This document shows, one piece after another, positions 52,500-64,000 of a stretch of 64,000 nucleotides of DNA. The DNA is from Octopus vulgaris. Lineage: Eukaryota. The stretch is taken from the NCBI GenBank assembly GCA_951406725.2, contig OX597816.1, positions 52,204,001-52,268,000 on the forward strand, given 5' to 3'. The notes under the pieces were generated by a model. It was not told where the DNA came from, searched no databases, and saw only the letters and a list, made by a program, of their open reading frames with translations. The position numbers and the translations under genes were made by a program. Every line of letters starts with the position of its first letter. The first letter of the stretch is position 1.

Positions 52500-52825
52500 G
52501 GAGCACTCCGTCGGTTACGACGACGAGGGTTCCAGCTGATACGATCAACGGAACAGCTTGCTCGCGAAATTAAAGTTGCAACTGGCTGAGCACTCCACAG
52601 ACACGTGTACCCTTAATGTAGTTCACAAGGAGATTCAGCGTGATACAGAGTGTGACAAGGCTGGCCCTTTTTGAAATACAGGTACTACTCATTTTTGCCA
52701 GCTGAGTGGACTGGAGCAACGTGAAATAAAGTGTCTTATTCAAGGACACAACGCGTCGTCGGGAATCGAACTCACAACCTTACGATCATGAGCTGAATGC
52801 CCTAACCACTAAGCCACGCACCTTC
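52500..52825 (-). mobile_element. SINE family 3
   Basis: Matches 41190-41490. Confidence 0.82.
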
Positions 52826-52942
52826 ACACATACATACACACATGCACACATACGTACATACATACACATGCACACATACATACATACATATGTATATACA
52901 CACACAGACATGCACTCATACATATATACATACATACATACA

Positions 52943-52975
<33 letters not shown>

Positions 52976-53418
52976 GCATATATACATTCATACATACGAT
53001 GAACTTCTGCGGAGTTATCATCTACCAAACATTCCAATCACAAGGTTTTATCCTACTCTAGGCTATTGTAGGAGATACTTTTCCAACTTGTTCAGGCACT
53101 GTACAGTAGACTCGAACCCAGAATTACGTGGTTGCGAAGCAAACTTTATTACTACGTGTTTTACTATATTTCGTGAGCGGAGCAAATGAACTGTTAATCG
53201 TTGTACAGAATTAAACACTTCCAGACTCAAAACATTCGTCATAACTTCCGACTTGAAAAGGCCAAACTATCTTTGTTTAAAGAATATCGATTTCTCACCC
53301 AAATTACAAGGAAGCAAGTTTTATAGACGTTACGAATAAGAATTTTTGACGTTCTTACGTTTATCAAAGTTATTGCTATCGTTCCTGTTGCTGTTGTTAG
53401 CGGTATCGTCGTCGTCGT

Positions 53419-53652
53419 AAAGGCGGCGAGCTGGCAGAAACGTTAGCGCGCCGGGCGAAATGCTTAGCTGTATTTCGTCTGTCGTTACGTTCTGAGTTCA
53501 AATTCCGCCGGGGTCGACTTTGCCTTTCATCCTCTCGGGGTCGATAAATAAAGTACCAGTTACGCACTGGGGTCGATGTAATCGACTTAATACCTATGTC
53601 TGTCCTTGTTTGTCCCCTCTATGTTTAGCCTCTTGTGGGTAATAAAGAAATA
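53419..53652 (+). mobile_element. SINE family 1, tail A, full length, with a 17-bp TSD
   Basis: ggtatcgtcgtcgtcgt occurs on both sides. Confidence 0.9.
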
Positions 53653-54004
53653 GGTATCGTCGTCGTCGTCGTCATCATTGTTGTTACTGCTTAACTCTAG
53701 ATCTAACTTAATATAGCCAAGTAAAATTGTGATCAATACGTTCCAGTTACAACCAACCCGTCATTTCAAGGGTGTGCAGGTTTCTATTAACAAAAGTCTT
53801 TGGTGGTGTAGACTTAAAACGTCATCCAGTTTAACAACACCGTATGCAACTTTAGGTGCCTTTATTGGAGTTCCCTCTGTTGTAAGCATTTTGACGAGGT
53901 CTCCAGCTTGAGGTTACCTTTCACCCTCCGTCCTAACAGTCGCAGGCGCCTTATAATGGTTCATAGGTACTGCCATCCCTCCTGGCTAAAAGATAACAAT
54001 ACTA

Positions 54005-54408
54005 TTTTACTCTTTTACTTATTTCAGTCATTTGACTGCGGCCATGCTGCAGCACCGCCTTTAATCGAGCAACTCGACCCCGGGACTTATTCTTTTGTAA
54101 GCCCAGTACTTATTCTACCGGTCTCTTTTGCCGAACCGCTAAGTAACGGGGACATAAACACACCAGCATCGGTTGTCAAGCAATGCTAGGGAGACAAACA
54201 CAGACACGCAAACACACACACGCATATATATATATATATATACGACGGGCTTCTTTCAGTTTCCGTCTACCAAATCCACTCACAAGGCTTTGGTCGGCCC
54301 GAGGCTATAGTAGAAGACACTTGCCCAAGGTGCCACGCAGTGGGACTGAACTTGGAACCATGTGGTTGGTAAACAAGCTACTTACCACACAGCCACTTCT
54401 GCGCCTAT
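54005..54408 (-). mobile_element. SINE family 2
   Basis: Full-length match to the family. Confidence 0.88.
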
Positions 54409-56646
54409 ACATCCTTTACCTTTTATGATGGTAGAGTTCTTGATTAGAGGAGGGATTACTTTTGGCTGTTATTTCTGGCGATTCGAACGGCCACCTAGGG
54501 ATTCCCACTGTCGCTGGTACTGACGTTCCTGTCATGAACACGTGACCTTTCTCTATGGCATTGCATATCTAGAACTAAATAATCCAATGTGGTTCTACGC
54601 TTTTCAAGAAATTACATGTGTTATTTTGAGTACGTTTTGGTTGTTATTTTTAGGAGGCTGAATAACAAACGTAGAGGTGCCTTCGCTGGCTTGTATTTAT
54701 CAAAGTAATTATTAATGGGGTAAAATGAAAGGAAATAATTTCAGTCGATATATTTCACCAACCATAATTTCTGTTTTTCTGTTGTTGTATTAATACTGTG
54801 TAATGCCTAATACTTCTTATATAAATGAGATGCGTGCCCGAAAAGCATACATCTAAAGGAAGGAAGAAACTTTTGTAATATAAAGACTATTAATTCTAGA
54901 AGAAAGAACCGCAGAAAATTAAAGGAGGAGAAAGTGAAAAATGAAAGACAAGCAAATATAATTTCCGCTGTGTAATAATGAGTTACATTTCAGCAAGCCA
55001 TGAATGATGTGAGATAGATAGTGTATCGTCTATGAAAAGCTGGTATATATTGCTCAATAGAAAACGAAAGCTTTGCGATCTAAATAGTTTCAACTGAAAC
55101 TCATTTAGTATTTATTTCATAGAATAAATGCTCCCAGAAGCGATGGAAAAAAAAACGGTATATTCCTAATGAATATCAACAAGTGTAGCAATCCTAGTAT
55201 TATGCGCGTATTCTCGTTTAATATGATACTCTACTTTTGAGGGTAGAGCAGGTGCGTTGATACTTCATTTTGAAAGACACGCACATATAGACACACATCC
55301 ACACACATACATGCACTCACAAATATATATATGTATGTATGTATGAATGTATTATGTATGTATGCACACACGCGCGCGAAATGCACACACAAGATTTCAT
55401 ATTTAAATGTACTTGTGTTGGAAGATGCGTGTAGGTATGTGAGGGAATGTCTAGATGTTAATTAATTTATTAAAAAAATTTTGATTTCTTAATAAATTTT
55501 CCTCAGAATATTTAATGAATATGTCTTACATTTCTCGTGTTTTTTTGGTTTTTTTGTTTTACTTTGTCTATGTCTCAATATCGTCATGTATTCGTCTGTG
55601 TGTGTCCTATCTATGTGTGGGTATATGTGTGCGTATTTTAAATATATATGAATACGTGTATGTGTGTGTGTATACATACACACACACATATACGCGCGCG
55701 AATACTTAATACGTATATAAGTATTTGCATACACAGACTGGTTAATAGATTTGTAGATATAGGTATAGATTGATAGATAGAGAGATATACACACAAAGAC
55801 TTGATTTATGTAACTTAGTTAATTAAAGATTAAACACACACACACATATATATAGGTATATATATGTATACATATACATACATATATATACCTATATATA
55901 TATATATATACACACACACATGTATATATATACATATTCATATATACATATACATATATATATATATGTATATATACATGCCAGGTTTGATCAGTAAGTA
56001 TCCGGACTGTTGCCATTGTAACGAAGCCAAAACACGCATTGTGAAGCCGCTTCACAAAGGTTGATATTTAGCTCTGCCGTGCTTGAATACTAAGTTTTAA
56101 CGTTTTAGCCACTTACACTGTTTACAACAGTGCTTCGAAGGAAGGTGTCTATCTGCTAAATATGTAATTAAACGACAAAGATATCCTACAACAAACTGGG
56201 AACAACTGATTGGTAGCTAACAGCAACAACATCAAAGACTTACTTAAGAATATATATTTCTGAAAAATCATTCACTGAAATAGCGTTTATTAGGATTTGT
56301 ATTCGTACGACTAATGTACGTATATTTCAAAATCTGCGGTTATAGTTTTGTAAACGGCCCTCTTCATTGCACAGTGTCATATTAGCCAAAGTACTTCCCT
56401 TTTTTTATCTGTATCTCTTCACCTACATATTGCTATAGATTCGCACATTACTGTTGATGCAACTTACCGTTGTAAGCTGTGGAAAGCACTGATTAATCCA
56501 AGCTTTTGTTTCCCTATCTCTTGTACTTCTAAATTGAAATCTTCCTATGAATTTCGAGAATGTGACAAATTTTTCGTTGTTTGTTTGTTTGCTTTTGATT
56601 TTTGTTTATTATTTTTTTCTCACAAGAATATTTTTCACTGGAGATC

Positions 56647-57062
56647 CTACAGAATGAGTGGCTGTGTGGTAAGTAGCTTGTTTAACAGCCATATGGTTCC
56701 GGGTTCAGTCCCACTGCGTGGCACCTTGGGCAAGTGTCTTCTACTATAGCCTTGGGCCGACCAAAGCCTTGTGAGTGGATTTGGTTGACGGAAACTGAAA
56801 GAAGCCCGTCGTATATATGTATATATGTATATATATATGGGTGTGTGTGTTTGTGTATTTGTGTTTGTCCCCGTAGCATTGCTTGACAACCGATGCTGGT
56901 GTGTTTACGTCCCCGTCACTTAGCGGTTCGGCAAAAGAGACCGATAGAATAAGCACTAGGCTTACAAAGAATAAGTCCCGGGGTCGATTTGCTCGACTAA
57001 AGGCGGTGCTCCAGCATGGCCACAGTCAAATGACTGAAACAAGGAAAAGAGTAAAAGAGTAA
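56647..57062 (+). mobile_element. SINE family 2
   Basis: Full-length match to the family. Confidence 0.88.
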
Positions 57063-57316
57063 ATCGGAAACCACTGCTAGAATGAGATCTGATGTTATTT
57101 GGTTCAACTCAAGAAGAAATTTCGCGTCGAATGAAAAATGAAAGTAAACCAAAATGGAAAAATTCGTCAATGAGAAATCGTCACATGAGGCCGTTCATGT
57201 ATGTTGAATAAACTAGGAACATTCCTCCATCTATTTCATATACATAAACATGTGTATGTGCGTGCGTGTGTGTGTGTGTGTGTGCGTGCGTGTATGTATG
57301 TATGTATGTATGTATG

Positions 57317-57348
<32 letters not shown>

Positions 57349-57827
57349 AAGTAGAGTAAAACATAGTTTCAGAGAATAGTGCAGCTATAACAGTCAGCTG
57401 CTCCTACAGTCTGGGCCATGAGACCGCTTCGTAATTAATTAAGAAGGAGTGTAATGCAATAATGCAAGATATCCGTGTAGAGGTGAACTATTGGTGTAAC
57501 CAAAATATTTTGGTGATCAGATGTGCTAACAAATTTTCTTTGTTTTAATTTTTTAATACACAATTGTTTTGGTTAATGAACAATATTATAACAAATGAGG
57601 CGAAGAGAAAATGGAATTCGCGAGATACTTTATAAATTAAAAGGATCGTTTCGACCCATCTTGCATCGAACTCTCGTAAGACATATTTACAGCGAAGGAT
57701 GTAGCACAATCAGTTGTGCAGAATCTTACACACAGGAAGCCGATGCAAGCGTGGTCGAAATATTCGTTGTGATTAATAAAGAATCTTGTGAATTGAATCT
57801 ATATTTTCTTTCTCTCATTTGTTATAT

Positions 57828-58046
57828 CTCTTTTATCCTTTACTTGTTTCAGTCATTTGACTGCGGCCATGCTGGAGCATCGCCTTTAGTCTAAAAAATC
57901 GACCCCAGGGCGTATTTTTCGTAAGCCTAGTACTTATTCTATCGGTCTCTTTTGCCGAAGCGCTAAGTTACGGGGACGTAAACATATTACCATCGGGTGT
58001 CAAGCGATGTTGGGGGAACAAACACAGACACACAAACATATATACG

Positions 58047-58082
<36 letters not shown>

Positions 58083-58245
58083 CATATTTACAACAGGCTT
58101 CTTTCAGTTTCTGTCTACCAAATCCACTCACAAGGCTTTGGTCGGCCTGAGGCTATAGTAGAAGACAGTTGCCCAAGGTGCCACGCAGTTGGACTGAACC
58201 CGGAAACATGTGGTTGGTAAGCAAGCTACTTACCACACAGCCACT
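57828..58245 (-). mobile_element. SINE family 2
   Basis: Full-length match to the family. Confidence 0.86.
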
Positions 58246-58287
58246 CACACACATACATACATATATACATATACGTATATATATATA

Positions 58288-58328
<41 letters not shown>

Positions 58329-59276
58329 GCATACGTATACATATGTCCATGTATACATATATATATATATATGCATGCATATATATATATATGCATGCAT
58401 ATATACATATGTATATTTATGTATGTATGTATGTACACTAATCTTTTTTTATGTGAAGCTATATATGCAGGCAGTTACTCAATACTTTTTAGTAAAGTAC
58501 ATGTTCGTTAAACTTTAACAAGATGAGAATGGAGCTATGTAAAATGATAATTAAGCTTTCTGTAAGTACGATTGGGGAGGAGATGTGTTGGAAATAATAT
58601 AGAAGATAGGAAGAAAGAATGAGAGTAACGTACTTGTTCATAGAAAGTTATTGTTGAATATAGAACGTTATTGTTGAATGATTTTTGGTTCGAAGTGAGA
58701 ATTGTGGTATTGTCTAGAATTCAGTCAGGCAACAAAATAATTGTATGCAGATCTGTATCGTATTTAGATGTGCCAGATTCAGATCATGAGATTCTTTGTA
58801 TAGAAAGTAGTTGATTATAATGTTTCAAGGTTCACAAAAGAATGTCTGTATATGTATTAATTGGTTAACCAGGATATTTCTGTCTGCGATTGGATCGCTG
58901 TTCCTGTAATTTAATTTCTATTCAGAAATTTCAAACTGTATAATTTGGAAAGGTAAGAAGTGAGAGACTACATTGCTTTAAGTGTTCATTGAGGTTTTCT
59001 ATTTGGTTTTTCAGGACGGTTATTTGTTTTTATATTATATCATTTAAGACAGATGCATACACGTAACTGTTCGACGTCACACATAAATCCACGTATACAC
59101 ACACACACAAACACATAGATATATTTGTACATACGTAAACACTCATATGTATGCCAAATTGTGCATGCACATTCAGTTAATTCCGAACTTGTGTATGAAC
59201 ATAGAATAACTCAAAATACCTGTATACATTTTCTTATACATAAATATAAACCTAAGGATATATACATAGACCTATA

Positions 59277-59319
<43 letters not shown>

Positions 59320-59398
59320 AAAATATCGATGTTTAAGTACCGATCTTATTAGGTGGCCAGCATGGCAATAAAAACCTTTCAAAGGTAATAATCATTGG

Positions 59399-59545
59399 AA
59401 ATTATAATTTAGGGCATGTAAGAGATATCTCTACGCTGGAATTAGCAGTCAAAACTTGACACTAGAACCACATTAAATACGGTTTTAGAGTGAAGTTTTG
59501 ACTGCTATTTCCAGCATGGAGGTATCTTTTAGATACCCTAAATTA

Positions 59546-59551
<6 letters not shown>
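59399..59551. repeat. Imperfect ~150-bp foldback hairpin next to (AT)n
   Basis: aattataatttaggg...gctggaattagcagtcaaaactt is mirrored by aagttttgactgctatttccagc...ccctaaattataatt. Confidence 0.8.
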
Positions 59552-59593
<42 letters not shown>

Positions 59594-59800
59594 CGTCTGA
59601 GGAGAATAATTCTGTTTTAATGCCTTGTATATATATTCATTCCCTTAGATGTGTGTATGCTCACGCAGATACACACGCATATGCATATACATATATATAT
59701 ATATGCTCATAAACTCTCATAGGCTTACATATTAACAGATACGGACACCATTCGAGTATCTCTCATTCTATTTCCTTTCATACATACATACATACATACA

Positions 59801-59833
<33 letters not shown>

Positions 59834-60550
59834 GTGTCTATGTCTGTGTGTGCGAGAGAGACAGAGAGAGAGAGAGAGAGAAGACAGTTTGATGGTGACA
59901 AGTAAGCTGCAACTTCGAAGTTACTTAATACCAACTCTTTCTTTGTAAGAATAAATAAATAGGATACATATGGTATTTTACTGAAAAAAAAAACAGACAG
60001 GCAGACAGACAGGCGTACAGACAGACTGACATAGATAGATAGGATGTACCATAGCGTAACTAGTCGTCACGGTGATGGACTCACGACAGAAAATTCGAGG
60101 TTTCGATTCAAAGAACTCGTTGTATACTGTATTCTTGAACAAGGGACTTCATTTCACTTTGATCTACGTGATCGCCACATAAACTTACATTATACCATAG
60201 TTATTGCTGTTGTTCTGATGTTTAATTTTCTCCAACCAAATATAATCCTTCTGAACCATTCACATTATAAGGCGTTTGAAAGCAGCGAGCTGGCAGAATC
60301 GTTACCACGCCGGAAAAAAGACTTAGCAGTATTTCGCCTATCTTTATGTGCTGTGTTCGAATTCCGCCGAGATTGACTTTATATTTCATCGTTTCGGGGT
60401 TGATAAAATAAGTACCAGTTGAATACTGAGATCTATGTAATCGATTTACTCCCTTCTTCGAATTTACTGACCTTATACCAAAAATTTGAAATTATATAAA
60501 GCGTTTGAAGGAAGCGAGCTGGGAGAATCGTTGCCATGCTGGACAAATTA

Positions 60551-61118
60551 TTGGGTTGTCCGGAAAGTTCGTGCCGATTTATAGTAGTTTACCTATCGAC
60601 TTATTTTAGAACACGGTTGAGTCCATGAAATATGATTTCGACTACACTTCTATTTAGAGCACAGTTTAAGCTATATTTCCGTGGAAGAAGATTTATGTTC
60701 CTTATAACCCGTGATAATTCTGTAACCCTTTAAAGTGGAAGATACGAAACTTCCTTTTCGGCACTTGACGATTTGGGAACCAGACAAAAATTGCTGCAGC
60801 TTGGCTGGGATGTGTTACCCCACCCTCCGTATTCACCAGATATTGCTCCTCGGATTTCCACTTATTCAGGTCTCTGCAGAATAGTCTTAATGGTAAAAAT
60901 TTCAATTCCTTGGATGGCGTAAAAAGATATCTTGATGAACTCTTTGCCATGAAACCACCTCAATTCTGGGAAGAGGGTATTTTCAAGTTACAGGAAAGAT
61001 GGAGACGCATTGTGCAACAAAATGGTTCATATTTGGTTGATTAAAAATGTAATAGCGAGTATTTATTGAACTTTTTCTTTCCTTTAAAAATTTGGCACAA
61101 ACCTTCCGGACAACCCAA
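60551..61118 (+). mobile_element. Internally deleted mariner (same family as 8434-8986) inserted into a SINE family 1 copy
   Basis: TA-flanked TIRs. The SINE head lies at about 60508-60548 and its body resumes at 61121. Confidence 0.9.
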
Positions 61119-61367
61119 TACTTATCGGTATGTCGTCTATCTTTTACATTCTAAGTTCCAATTCCGTTCAGGTTAACTTTACCTTTCTTCCTTTCACAAC
61201 TGATAAAATAAGTATCAGTCGATGAAACTGACTAGCCGTCGACTCCAGAATTTTAGGTTTTGTGCATATAGTAGAAAAGATCATCATAAAAGCCGTTCCT
61301 GTCGTGACCATGCTACTCTATTATTACAAAGAACATTACCTCTGCAACTACATTATCTAACATGTGT

Positions 61368-61685
61368 TTTTATTTATTTATGTGCCCTTTTCATGCCTAG
61401 CCAGGCTTATGAGCCCGGTTTTCCCGGTTTCTGTGGCGTATGTGCTCCCCCCAGCTGGACGGGACGCCAGTCCATCGCAGCGTTACCCAAGAAACAGGAA
61501 GAAAGAGTGAGAGAAAGTTGGGGCGAAATAGTACAACAGGGGTCGCCACCACCCCCTGCCGGAGCCTCGTGGAGCTTTAGGTGTTTTCGCTCAATAAACA
61601 TACACAATTCCCGGTCTGGGAATCGAAACCGCGATCCTCCGACCGTGAGTCCGTTGCCCTAATCACTGGGCCATTGCGCCTCCAC
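61368..61685 (-). mobile_element. tRNA-derived SINE with a V-like segment
   Basis: Head gtggaggcgcaatggcccagtg...ggtttcgattccc; gctgcgatggactggcgtcccgtccag; tail shared with 61690-61948. Confidence 0.82.
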
Positions 61686-61689
61686 AAAA

Positions 61690-61948
61690 TAATAAATGCG
61701 CCCCTTTAAAGTCTAGCCAGGCTCATGGGCCCGGTTTCCCAGTTTCCATTGCGTATGTGTTGTTCCCCAGCTGGATGGGACGCCAATCCCTCGCAGCGTT
61801 ACTCATTGTTGCCAGCTGAGTGGACTAGAGCAACGTGAAATGAAGTGTTTTGCTCAAGAACACAACGCGTCGCTCGGTCCAGAAATCGAAACTACAATCT
61901 TACGATCGTGATGCTGACACCCTAACCACTAAGCCACGCGCTTCCACT
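61690..61948 (-). mobile_element. tRNA-derived SINE with CORE-like and V-like segments
   Basis: Matches 10843-11077. Confidence 0.82.
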
Positions 61949-62503
61949 ATGTAACATGTAGTGTGCTTCAATTGCTTTTTATTTCTTTATTAATTCGTTA
62001 TAGAACGGACGGGTTGTAATTTAGGCGTTATTTTCTCGCGGGTAGAAAATTACGTAATACATTTCCTCTTTGACTCGAATATTGCATAAACGGTGCAGTT
62101 GGCTGTACATCAGTCTGAGAATCACGATACGTCTCTCTATTCAATATGCATATTTTTGATGAGTGCATTCATAAAACAAAAAAGAAATAATAAAATGTAA
62201 TTCAAATATAATTTCAAACACTCCAGACGTTATAAACGATCTTCATCAGTAATTATAATCGCGAGAATCTAGTGTAATTCGATTTTCAAAATGAATCTTA
62301 AAAATTAAAATTCCATGACTTTGTGTGTATGTTTTGTGTTGTTTTAGATATTTTTTTTCATGAATTATTTCATTTCATCAATTTTCTGAAGTTTATTGAT
62401 GTAATTCATGTTCTCTGCACTACATGACAACGCTCTCATCCTTCCCCTATACACTGTCAGTGTAATATATATATACGTACATACATATATATGTATGTAT
62501 GTG

Positions 62504-62562
<59 letters not shown>

Positions 62563-62571
62563 GTGTGTATG

Positions 62572-62636
<65 letters not shown>

Positions 62637-63493
62637 CGTACATACATACGCACATTTATATATAAGTATAGACACACATGTTTGTGGGTATGTCTACGTA
62701 TGTACATGTAAATGTGTGTGTGTGTCTGTGAGTTTGTTTGTATCTGTGTGTATGTATGTATGCATATGTATATACATATACATATATACATATATACATA
62801 TATACATATGTATATATATATATATATGCACCCGCATAAGCACACATATACACACACTCATACTCACACACACACACACATGTGTGTGTGCCTGTTTTTT
62901 CAGTTTGTATGTGTATGAGTATTTATGTATATGTATGTATGTATGTTTATACATATATATACATAAATGTATATCACACTTTCCTATGATTACTTACTGT
63001 GATTACTTTTTGAATTTACGCAGGTATGTGTTTGATGCTTTATTTGACTTCTTGTCTCTTTCCATCTGAGCATATGTCTAAACAGATGACATATACGTGT
63101 GAACCAAAAGTACGTGGATATTACATCTGTGTGCGCATCTGTGCGGGTTTGTATGTGTATGTCTATGTGTCTCTCCCTGTGTGTGTGTGGCCTAGAATCA
63201 TTTCTCCATCTATTTCATATATATATAAACGTGTGTGTGTGTGTGTCTGTGTTGAGGCTATTTACTTATATGTATATATTTTATGTATCAAATCAACTTG
63301 TATTACTCCAAATTCACACACTGAAATCAAATGTGGTCACATTATCCATAGGTGTGTTTGTTTGCTTGCGTGTGTGTGTGTGGTTGTTTGTGTGTGTGTG
63401 TGTGTGTGTGTTTACTTATATATGTGCGTATGAATGAATAAACTTTTCTCTGCAACCGAGAAACAAGCGTGGTCAGTACATTAACGATTACAG

Positions 63494-63531
<38 letters not shown>

Positions 63532-63646
63532 ACACACATCTCGATAACTATACGGATAAAAGGATAGATAAACTGCTAAATGGACAGACATTGCAAGACG
63601 AAGGCTCATGTACTGGATCCTTATACAGAGATTTGCTAACCAAGTA

Positions 63647-63860
63647 CATAGGCGCGGGAGTGGCTGTGTGGCAAGTAGCTTGCTTACCAACCACATGGTT
63701 CCGGGTTTAGTCCCACTGACTAGCATCTTGTGCAAGTGTCTTCTACTATAGCCTCGGTCTGACCAAAACCTTGTGAATGGATTCGGTAGACGGAAACTCA
63801 AAGAAGCCCGTCGTATATATGTATATGTCTGTGTGTCTGTGTTTGTACCCCACCCCTAAC
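63647..63860 (+). mobile_element. SINE family 2, 5' half, interrupted
   Basis: Family 2 head. It is cut off by a different sequence starting with aagttagttaagttaagtt. Confidence 0.8.
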
Positions 63861-63865
63861 ATGAC

Positions 63866-64000
63866 TTAGTTAAGTTAGTTAAGTTAAGTTAATTTTTTGG
63901 CTCAAAAAGCAAAAAGCAAGGCCATGTAGGGGGACATGGAGTTATGTACAGGGAGAGTGTTCAGGCAAAGAGTTCAGGCCATTTCTGGTCATGAGAGACT
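63866..64000 (-). mobile_element. Possible LINE 3' end with a short-repeat tail, continuing beyond the window
   Basis: A (TAACT/TAAC)n-like tail on the minus strand next to higher-GC sequence. No coding evidence lies in the window. Confidence 0.3.

Noticed and set aside
62225-62255. CTGATGAAG on the minus strand; similar partial motifs near 5720, 10820 and 57730
   Set aside because: The cores are incomplete; at most these are decayed ribozyme remnants.

Overview
This is AT-rich, microsatellite-dense eukaryotic DNA in which I could not support any host gene. The repeat content suggests a cephalopod, probably an octopus, but that is inference from memory of such repeats. The only real coding sequence lies at 1-4767 on the minus strand. 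It comprises a young L1/Tx1-type non-LTR retrotransposon (CCHC ORF1 plus an open APE-RT ORF2 running off the left edge) and, directly upstream, a second unit carrying only a diverged ORF1 homologue bounded by an 18-bp direct repeat. The 3' end of that ORF1-only unit matches one tail type of the most abundant SINE family here. Copies of that SINE recur as dimers with one precise junction. The rest of the window holds several modular tRNA-derived SINE families, deleted mariner elements, Helitron-like and MITE-like elements, RTE and CR1 3' remnants, and a Penelope-like region with hammerhead ribozyme motifs and a near-perfect 309-bp palindrome. Most entries in the ORF track are microsatellite or SINE artefacts.
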